A stretch of DNA of 64,000 nt from contig JYFJ02001014.1 in NCBI GenBank assembly GCA_000934665.2, forward strand, positions 1 through 64,000, in the 5' to 3' direction. Below are positions 37,761 through 47,558 of the stretch, in pieces. A program made the translations under genes and the position numbers. The DNA is from Catajapyx aquilonaris. Its lineage: Eukaryota. How positions within the stretch are numbered: position 1 is the stretch's first letter; the number at the start of each line of letters is the position of its first letter. The notes under the pieces are model-generated. The model saw nothing but the letters and a program-made list of their open reading frames with translations, was not told where the DNA came from and did not search any database.

Positions 37761-39387
37761 ATTTCTTCACACTTAATTATTTTGTCCGCTAAAGTATTAT
37801 GAGTAACTGAACAATCATAATTTTAATTCCCTAATTCCCTAGTTCAAGGCTACAACTACCTGCGGTAACAGTATTTTTCCCATCAGAACCCAAAACGAGG
37901 AAACCACACAGGAAAGCACAGCCATTCCAGGGAGCTTGACATGCACTAACCACAAAAGGGAAATGCCGAGCAACAAAACAAAAGAGGGGATGACAGATTT
38001 ATCCATACGGAAACCACGTTCACATCTCCCTGCACTTGTCATGGCCATAAGCACACTACTTACATCCTAGGTCAGCAGCAACCGTGAAAGATCATCCTAG
38101 CTAATCCCACACTTGAACTTGAACCGCAAAACCCATAGGAGCAAGCCTAATTGCATCCAAACACAGAGGGGATGCCGCAGGTGAAAGGAAATTCCACCCC
38201 ACCCTCATTCAAGGCAAACATCAAGGCCTTCATAACACCTCAATGTGCCTCAGGATACAGCTTATGACCTGCACGTCACTTTACATGTTATCCTAATCTG
38301 ACAGCACCCAAGTAGGTTATTCCTCAAAACATGTGGCAATCTGACTTAAATGAACACAACTGATTATCCCATATTTTAAAGCAATACAGTCGATCGGTTT
38401 AACTAATGGTCCTGCTCCACTTTAAAAAATCTATTTTTCTCATCAAATATTGTAATCTACTGCCCATTTGTATTGCTTTAGCTTCATTATTGTAAAAATT
38501 GTACAGAATTTCACGTTTTAATGTGTTTTGTTGTGTTTCATTTATCTTTGCTCCTTGGATTTTATCCCACCTTTTTTTTTTTTTTTTGTTATCCGACCAT
38601 GCCCCGGTCTCGTCGGTGACGAATAATAGGGGTTCTACTGTATTCAGTACAAGCTAGTTTGCATTCTAATCATGTTACGCACTGCTCCAAAAATGTCCTT
38701 GGTTCCAGCTACCTCAATTTATTTTTAATATTAATTTAACACATCCTGCTTACGCCAATCCAACATATCCACGTGCACATTTGCTATCGGTGAGCGTCTG
38801 GCCATTCACAAACAATAGTAACTGCTACGTACCCATTTATCACAACTGTTTATTGCTATACAGGTAGGAATTTATGCATTCATACCACAATGAAAATGTA
38901 CACTGGTCCTCATGTTTGGCCTAATTAGTCACTAATTGTTAACCTCAACCACAGGTGTCAACCTCAAATGAGAGACAATTACCCGTAATTGCATGTGCTC
39001 AGCCTTTCTCTTTCCCGTAGCTCCCGTCTCCTGTTCGAGAGCCCCGTATCTGTCCCGGAGGACCCGGATTCCCCCCTCAAGAAGGTCAACAGATGGAAAC
39101 GTTCCTCGCCCACACACAACTCAACCCACTGAACCACACCGCCATCTTGGACAACCACCAAGCAAAGGCTGCCAACCCCACAAAGTAATTCCCGAATGAC
39201 TTATTTTAACCACACATTTTTTTTAAAAAAGGAGCCACAACTTAAAAACCGTGATTAAATCCGGTACTGACAGTACAGTATTTAAAAACATGAACAATCA
39301 TATTTTTTTGGATGAAGCTGGCGATAGGAACGGGCACCCTTTTTTGGGCATTGACGACACTTGTTGCGGGAAAGTGTCGTTGACGGT

Positions 39388-40426
39388 ATGACGCAGGTTG
39401 GGAGCTTCCTTTCGATGGGATGGCACGCCACTCCAGAAGGGAGGACGCACTTCCAGGGGCTGTACGAGAATGAGACCAAGAGGAGGAAGCAGTTTGGTAC
39501 ATATAAAACCACGATAAAACATAATTTAATGATGGTCAGCAGATGTCCTAAGAAGAAACGCCCTATTTATTGGTTTTAGGACGTTTCTTCTTGGGACAGC
39601 CCCCCAGGAAACATTTGGCAGCTTTATTTGATGATAGGACCATACAGACTGAGCAGCAACGCATTATGAGTGTGTTAATAATAAAATGTGATTCCAGGTG
39701 TGTTGGAGAAGCCTAGCTTGCCGTCGGAGGCTGAGGAATGCACCTACAAAGTGTTTGTGTCCGGAAAGGCAGGGGTTGGAAAGACGGCGTCGGTTTGCCA
39801 TTTGGCTGGGGTTGTGCCGCCCAAGAGCTACCACAGTACGTTGGGAATTCGGACGACTAATGTTTTCTGGCCGGCCAAAGTCTGCCAGCAGGTTATACTC
39901 TTCAAGGTTCAGCTTTGGGATGCGGGAGATGCGACGTTGAAGAAGTTTGCGCATGTCCTCACCGTAAGCTTGCTCTCTGGGAATTGCAAGAGTGGTGCTA
40001 ACAATTGCGTATATTGCAGGCTTGTAAAGAGAAGGTGGATGGTGTCCTGCTGACCTTCTCATTTACTGACCGAAGCACTTTCAGAGATCTGGTAGATGAG
40101 GTTAAGAGCATTTCCCAGTGGGCAGAAAAACCTGCAATCTTTGCCATTGGCACTAGGTTAGTATTTCAGACATAACAGGTAACTGAGAAAATGGCATGTT
40201 AATTCTGTTTCACACTCTGAAAAGGTTTGGGATGGCACCAGATGCTGAAGTATGCCAAGGGGATGTTGATAGTTTTGAGAAACAGTGGTCTATACCCATT
40301 CTGAAGACCAACAATCGGATGGTGACAGGTAAAGCTGACTTAGAGGAAGTTGCGCCTCTACTCAACACCATTTGCGAGCGGCTGTGGTTGAGGGAACAAG
40401 AACTGATGATTTCCAGGCAGAGATGA
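39388..40426 (+). CDS. CPLANE2: Ciliogenesis and planar polarity effector 2 (REM2- and Rab-like small GTPase 1)
   Basis: Exons 39388-39496, 39698-39963, 40020-40156, 40225-40426. W HATPEGR...FGVLEKP...YKVFVSGKAGVGKT...VFWPAK...QLWDAGDATLKKFAH...FSFTDRSTF...LNTICERLW closely follows the RSG1/CPLANE2 pattern. Confidence 0.9.
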
Positions 40427-40555
40427 AGACCACAAGTGCTTTTATCTACTTGTTTATTGTAAAGTTGGCAGTTAATTGAAATACATATTTTACATTTTCC
40501 CAATACACTTGTCATCACCACAACTAGTCTCACGTCAGTGATGATGGACAGCTTT

Positions 40556-42560
40556 TTAAAAGGCTTGGACGGCACTGTAGATTGCCACAAAAAGAAGGAA
40601 CCCTCCGATATAAATGTAACGCAAGAAGCGATCTGCAGACTGGGCATAGTACTTAGCGTACGCAGCAATGCCTGATGGCTTATTTTCATCCAGCTGGAAA
40701 TAAAGAGGAATATGTTATTGCCATTGAATATGGTGAAGTAAGTGAAAGGTTTGTTTCTGATCTGGATGGATAACTTACAGGTAGCTCATCCAAAACACCA
40801 AGGCGATGAACAATCACAGTTGCCAAGAGTGGTATCCAGTTGAATGTCAGGCACACAGCAGTCCATGTGTCAATTGCCTGAAATTAATACCGTTGAAAAT
40901 GTAGAGAGTGTTACAGGCTACATTTGCATAGGCTTGAATATTGCGCTTAAAGTACTTACAGTTGAGTAACGAGTGTGTGGCAAATGGCTCTTTGCAACCA
41001 GGAAAACAATGAAGTTGCAAACCATCATCAGTGACGCCAAGCGGAGTCGGACTCCAATTTCTGATAATTAAATGCACAGTATAGTATGAAACACTGAATA
41101 TCACCAAATAGCACTTATTATGGTAGCTGATATTTCAAAACCTACCTTTTGTGTCAATGAAGAAGATAATGTAGGCAATCAGGGTGAACACAGCAGTGGG
41201 AATGAACAGTGTTGTAAGGTAGTAGCCACAGTTTCTCTTATACTTGAACGTGAATTTTAGACGTCCATACTCTTTGCCTGCAAAAAAATTGTGTCATTGT
41301 TACTCTACAGTCTACAAACAATAGATTTGAGAGCTATATACTCTCTTGTATACTCTCTTGTATAGTAATTATCCTACCTGCCACATGTTCATATTCAGTT
41401 TCATATTCAGTGTCCAGAAGTGTCAGCTCTGCTGAAGAGCCCTCCACCAGATCTCCAGAGTATGAAGGCTTATTCTCCCAGTTAATCACACAATCCTTCA
41501 GAGTCATAGAATCTATAAATCACAACAAAAGAAGCATTTAGCCATCATGAACTGACTTTCAGAACATCCACCAACTTACATGATTCCATCATGATGGGAC
41601 ACTCTGGTTTGTCAAAAGGAAAGTTCTTGTATTCGGTTAAGCACGCAAAACGAATCTGCAACTTCTGACTGTAGAGGACTGTCCCGTCCTTGTCTATCCT
41701 GAGGAAAGAGCTTGGTCCTCCTGCTTGGGTGACCTGAATGGCGTTGACAAAGAACATGTCCGCAACCCATATGCGCTTGGGGCCATCCGGAAGTGCGACA
41801 CTGTCAGTAAGTTTTGTGACTTTCGAGGTCAAACGGTAGTCCTTCCAGTGCTGCCTCATGTACAAGTCGGCGGTCACTTGCTATAGAAAAAAGGGGTAGC
41901 AGGGCGTGGACGAAGGCTGCATGAATTAATCAATTCGGGACTAATAAATAATTGATCTGCCTGCAACGAGACCGATTTAAATGCGACCTACCATAGTTAG
42001 TGGGTCGAAGTCGTGCATCGAGAGTACGTACATCGAGACGTTTACAGACACTGGTTTACCTCCTGCGGGACAAATTGGTAATTAGAGGGGGGAAACATGA
42101 CCTGGAATTAGCAGCTGTGTACCTACCTTGATTAGGGAAAATCAGCGGGTTGTAATCCTTTGGAATGATGTCATCGAACCATGATTCAATTGCAAGGGAA
42201 TTTCTGCAACACAAAATATATGTATACTTATAGTCGCTATACATGGAGGTCGAATATTTATCATTTAAATATTATTGGCATTAAGATATTTTCAAGCAGG
42301 CCTATATTATCGGGTGGAAGAATAAATTTTATTAATAATATCTCGTTACGTAAGCATGTACTTTCCTGCCTAAGACTTCGATAGACCGGTCTCAGACTCT
42401 CACTCTGTGATTTTAAAATAGGAATAAAGGCATGCTGCGATGTACTCGTATTATTCCTCTCTCGAATAACCATAGTGTGAAACCCACCAATGCAATGAAA
42501 AAATGTGACTTACCCGACTGTGAAGACCAGAAGGACGAGGAGATATGAGTGAGCTGCCAT
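40556..42560 (-). CDS. Divergent Cys-loop ligand-gated ion channel subunit 1 (GABA-A/glycine-receptor-like scaffold)
   Basis: 9 exons. Signal peptide MAAHSYLLVLLVFTVG; WFDDIIPKDYNPLIFP; ADLYMRQHWKDYRL; IWVADMFFVN; GTVLYSQK; Cys-loop CLTEYKNFPFDKPEC (C-x13-C); M1-M4 with AIDTW and ADRFLRYIY. Confidence 0.9.
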
Positions 42561-43163
42561 GGTGACTCTCCTGAGGTGTTGTCACGAACGGTGTCGGTCG
42601 AGTTGTGATATAATTCGTCTCACAGTAGCCTCAATAAATAGTCCCTGCAAAGCCACTTGCCAAGAGCTAATATTAGCTCTTGCACTTGCGCTTTTTTCCT
42701 TCTCTTTCTCAGTAGTGTTTGTGAAGCGTAACTCTTTCAATTGAATAGACTCGCCCTATGTAGTAATTCTGGCTTATATTGCTATTCATATATAGAGTCT
42801 GCAAGAACCCTTGATCTGGAGGTCACTTCTCGGAATCTTTAGTTTATCACTCGGAATCCGATAGGTTTATTGGGAATGACGTCGTGAACACATGCTCTCC
42901 TTTGAAAAAAATAATCAGGCCATAATATGATAGGCAAATATGTGCTCTGGATTACCTGGAATTCCTTATCATTGGAAGGTTCTACTGAAAATTAAACGTT
43001 AAGCATAAATGGCACCAATTTATTGGCTTCGTGGTCACTTGCATAAATTATTAGTTTGTTATTGATGGTGATTGAATTCGAAATCCTGGACCATTTGGAA
43101 ATTGGCAGAAATATATTTACATTTTGTCGAGTGTTACATCAGCAATTTACTGCAATTTCAAAA

Positions 43164-43720
43164 TCATCCCAAATAAGTAGCGAAGAACACGATAACGAAC
43201 AAAATGAACGCAACGGGATAGAGTAGATACGACACCATGTCAGCCTTTTCGGAGATTTTTCCCAAAATTGAGCGGATGCTGCTGCTCTTGTCCCATGGGC
43301 GTAGCCAGGCATGGGCAGGGGGTGGGGCTGCCCCCCCCCCCAATCTTAGGGAAATGCAGAAAATTTCTGGAGATTTCAGAAAAACTGAAGGTTTTGAAGA
43401 TTTTTCTGAGCCTTCGGGGTCAAAATAAAGTAATCTAAAACAATTGTTGCTGAGACAGTTCCTTCCGAATCTTGCTAGGCAGTCAGACGGAGGATGAGGA
43501 CAGGTGGGGCCCTCCTGCCCCCTAACTAAAATCCTGGCTACGCCCATGTCTTGTCCTGAAATTGAATGACACATTTGAATGAGAAACGTGCCCATTTTGA
43601 TCAGCCAGATCTGTCTCACCTCTTCAGCTCCACTGCTTTTCATGCAGACAACAAAGAGACTCTCGCAAACCGCTCCGAAAATAAAGCAGAAACAAAATCC
43701 CGACCAAATGTCCAGAGCCT
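43164..43720 (-). pseudogene. Truncated duplicate of the last two exons (M3-M4) of LGIC subunit 3, disrupted by a MITE
   Basis: Matches 47559-47852 (ALDIWSGFCF...; KADMVSYLLYPVAF...). Upstream exons are absent and the last exon carries an insertion. Confidence 0.88.
43294..43548. mobile_element. hAT-type MITE with 16-bp TIRs and 8-bp target-site duplication
   Basis: TCTTGTCC|CATGGGCGTAGCCAGG ... CCTGGCTACGCCCATG|TCTTGTCC. The empty site is visible in the paralog at ~47680. Confidence 0.92.
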
Positions 43721-44310
43721 TTAAATACTGCCCCCTGCGTTTGACTCTAAATAACTTCCAGGAAAATGGTAAAAAAAAGTTACACATCGTTAGAAAGCTT
43801 GTTTAAATGTATGCAACATATATGCGAGTTGTTTACCCATCTTCACTGTGTAATTTTTTATCGCACGAAGTACACGGAAAGGTGTCATTTTTTGACTAGT
43901 GGCCGATGTTACGCAGCAAAATTAATTTTTTAATAGACACTTCTCAGAAGCCAAAAAATTCCCACTCTGACCCTTGGATAGTGCAAGTCTTTGTCTATCT
44001 AATGATACATTTCAAACTTAGAAATCGCAATTTGTGTACCGTAATCATAATTAAGTTAATTGTACTACCCAGTGTTCGCAGGGGGAATTCTTTGGCCTCC
44101 GAGAAGTGTCATAAAAAAATTCATTTTGCAGCGTAATGCCGGCAACTAGCAAAAAAATTACGCCTTTCCGTGTTCTTCTTGCGATAAAAAATTACACAGT
44201 GAAGATAGGTAAACAACTCGCATCATATATGTTGTGAAAACAAGCTTTCTAACTATGTATAATTCCTGGGAGCTATTGAGAGTCAAACACAGGGGCCAAT
44301 ATTTAAAAAA
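43721..44310. mobile_element. Element with long (~170-bp) imperfect inverted repeats
   Basis: CCCCTGCGTTTGACTCT...GTTAGAAAGCTTGTTT...TGCGAGTTGTTTACC.ATCTTCACTGTGTAATTTT...CACGGAAAGG (43730-43890) recurs inverted at ~44150-44310. Confidence 0.7.
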
Positions 44311-44787
44311 TGGATAGTAGCCTACAGAGTGAAGGTCAGGATGGGTCACATTTCGTGAAAGAAGGTGGCAGAAATTACAAGAAGGGGTTGGGCAGGCAAT
44401 ACATAATGTCTCTCAAATTGAATATACACAAACATTTGTTTGATGCACAAAATCTAGGTATTATCACTTTTATTCTCAGAATGCTTTGCTTTTCACCATC
44501 TCCATCCTATCCTTAATTCCACAACTAGGTTATCTCACATGGTAAGAAGGCTGCAACAATTATACACCCATAAAAAATAGTGGGTGAGAAGTTGAGTCAG
44601 TGTGTTATGTAATAATTTTTGGGAGGGTGATAAAAAGTCTGCAAATACAACACTGAGAAAATTATTTGATGGCCCTAAATTACTTTAACTGCATCAAAGA
44701 TCCCAAGTAATTGCAGAAACATTGACCTCCATTAATAAACATGACTGCTTTTTAGGAACTGCTTAATTTTCCAGCGATATTGCATGA

Positions 44788-44878
44788 TGACGTAGAGGAA
44801 GTTGCGCCTCTACTCAACACCATTTGCGAGCTGCTGTGGTTGAGGGAACAAGAACTGATGATTTCCAGGCAGAGATGA
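44788..44878 (+). pseudogene. Duplicated 3' fragment of the CPLANE2 last exon
   Basis: Copy of 40336-40426 (EEVAPLLNTICE.LWLREQELMISRQR*) with no upstream exons. Confidence 0.85.
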
Positions 44879-45007
44879 AGACCACAAGTGCTTTTATCTA
44901 CTTGTTTATTGTAAAGTTGGCAGTTAATTGAAATACATATTTTACATTTTCCCAATACACTTGTCATCGCCACAACTAGTCTCACGGCAGTGATGATGGA
45001 CAGCTTT

Positions 45008-46971
45008 TTAAAAGGCTTGGACGGCACTGTAGATTGCCACAAAAAGAAGGAACCCTCCGATATAAACGTAACGCAGGAAGCGATCTGCAGACTGGGCATA
45101 GTACTTAGCGTACGCAGCAATTCCTGATGGCTTCTTTTCATCCAGCTGGAAATAAAGAGGAACATGTTATTGCCATTGAATATGGTGAAGTAAGTGAAAG
45201 GTTTGTTTCTGATCTGGATGGATAACTTACAGGTAGCTCATCCAAAACACCAAGGCGATGAACAATCACAGTTGCCAAGAGTGGTATCCAGTTGAATGTC
45301 AGGCACACAGCAGTCCATGTGTCAATTGCCTGAAATTAATGCCGTTGATAATGTATAGAGAGTGTTACATACAGGCTACATTTGCATAGCCTGGAAGATT
45401 GCGTTTAAAGTACTTACAGTTGAGTAACGAGTGTGTGGCAAATGGCTCTTTGCAACCAAGAAAACAATGAAGTTGCAAACCATCATCAGTGACGCCAAGC
45501 GGAGTCGGACTCCAATTTCTGATAATTAAATGCACAGTATAGTATGAAACACTGAATATCACCAAATAGCACTTATTAGAGTAGGTGATATTTCAAAACC
45601 CACCTTTCGTGTCAATGAAGAAGGTGATGTAGGCAATCAGGGTGAACACAGCAGTGGGAATGAACAGAGTTGTAAGGTAGTAGCCACAGTTTCTCTTATA
45701 CATGAACGTGAATATTAGACGTCCATACTCTTTGTCTGGAAAAAAATGTGTCATTGTTACTCTATACAGTCTACAAGCAATAGATTTGAGAGCTCTATAC
45801 TCTCTTGTATAGTAATTATCCTACCTGCCACAGGGATCTTGGTTGTTTCATATTCAGTGTCCAGAAGTGTCAGCTCTGCTGAAGAGCCCTCCACCAGATC
45901 TCCAGAGTATGAAGGCTTATTCTCCCAGTTAATCACACAATCCTTCAGAGTCATAGAATCTATAAATCACAACAAAAGAAGCATTTAGCGATCATGAACT
46001 GACTTTAAAAGCATCCACCAACTTACATGATTCCATCTCGATCGGACATTCTGGTTTGTCAAAAGGAAAGTTCTTGTATTCGGTTAAGCACGCAAAACGA
46101 ATCTGCAACTTCTGACTGTAGAGGACTGTCCCGTCCTTGTTTATCCTGAGGAAAGAGCTGGGTCCTCCTGCTTGGGTGACCTGAATGGCGTTGACAAAGA
46201 ACATGTCCGGAACCCATATGCGCTTGTGGCCATCCGGAAGTGCGACACTGTCAGTAAGTTTTGTGACTTCCGAGGTCAAACGGTAGTCCTTCCAGTGCTG
46301 CCTCATGTACAAGTCGGCAGTCACTTGCTATAGAAAAAAGGGGCAGCAGGGCGTGGACGAAGGCCGGATTAATTAATCAATTCGGGACAAATTGATCTGC
46401 CTGCAACGAGACCGATTTAAATGCGACCTACCATAGTTAGTGGGTCGAAGTCGTGCATCGAGAGTACGTACATCGAGACGTTTACAGACACTGGTTTACC
46501 TCCTGCGGGACAAATTGGCAATTAGAGGGGGAAAACATGACCTGGAATTAGCAGCTGTGTACCTACCTTGATTAGGGAAAATCAGCGGGTTGTAATCCTT
46601 TGGAATGATGTCATCGAACCATGATTCAATTGCAAGGGAATTTCTGCAACACAAAATATGTACTTATAGTCGCTACATGGAGGTCGAATATCATTAAAAT
46701 TGGCATTTAGATATTTTCAAGCAGGCCTTCTATACCGCGTGTAAGAATAAATTTTATTAATAATATCTCGTTACGTAAGCATGTACTTTCCTGCCTAGAC
46801 TTCGATAGACATGCCTCAGTCTTTGATTTTAAAATAGGAATAAAAGCATGCTGTGCTGCATTCCTCCCATGAATATAGCCACATAGTGTGAAACCCACCA
46901 ATGCAATGAAAAAATGTGACTTACCCGACTGTGCAGACCAGAAGGACGAAGAGATATGAGTGTGCTGCCAT
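45008..46971 (-). CDS. Divergent Cys-loop LGIC subunit 2 (recent paralog of subunit 1)
   Basis: Same 9-exon structure as 40556-42560; IWVPDMFFVN; CLTEYKNFPFDKPEC. Reading frame and splice sites appear intact. Confidence 0.9.
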
Positions 46972-47558
46972 GGTGACTCTCCTGAGGTGTTGTCACGAAC
47001 GGTGTCAGTCGAGTTGTGATATAATTCGTCTCACAGTAGCCTCAATAAATAGTCCCTGCAAAGGCACTTGCGCTTTTTTTTTTCCTTCTCTTTCTCAGTA
47101 GTGTTTGTGAAGCGTAACTCTTTCAATTGAATAGACTCGCCCTATATAGTAATTCTGGCTTTTATTGCTATTCATATAGATTATAGACTCTGCAAGAACC
47201 CTTGACCTGGAGGTCACTTCTCGGAATCTTTAGTTTATCACTCGGAATCCGATAGGTTTATTGGGAACGGCGTCGTAAACACATGCTCTCCTTTGAAAAA
47301 AATAATCAGGCCATAATATGATAGGCAAATAATTATGTGCTCTTGATTACCTGGAATTCCTTATCATTGGAAGGTTCTACTGAAAATTAAACGTTAAGCA
47401 TAAATGATACCAATTTATTGGCTTCGTGGTCACTTGCATAAATTATTAGTTTGTTATTGATGGTGATTCAATTCGGAATCCTGGACCATTTGGAAATTGG
47501 CAGAAATATATTTACATTTTGTTGAGTGTTACATCAGCAGTTTACTGCGATTTCAAAA

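Noticed and set aside
39543..39598. Small hairpin TGTCCTAAGAAGAAACG...CGTTTCTTCTTGGGACA in CPLANE2 intron 1
   Set aside because: Short (~20-bp) stem with no further support; likely a tiny MITE remnant.
43164..43787. 207-aa ORF resembling a complete LGIC C-terminus
   Set aside because: Chimeric read-through of junction filler, an exon, an intron and a MITE; it is a truncated duplicate of LGIC3, not a gene.
40210..45165. Duplicated ORFs 40210-40689 and 44752-45165 (…LRTLSTMPSLQIASC…)
   Set aside because: Alternative frame of the last LGIC exon and antisense to CPLANE2; similar only because of the segmental duplication.
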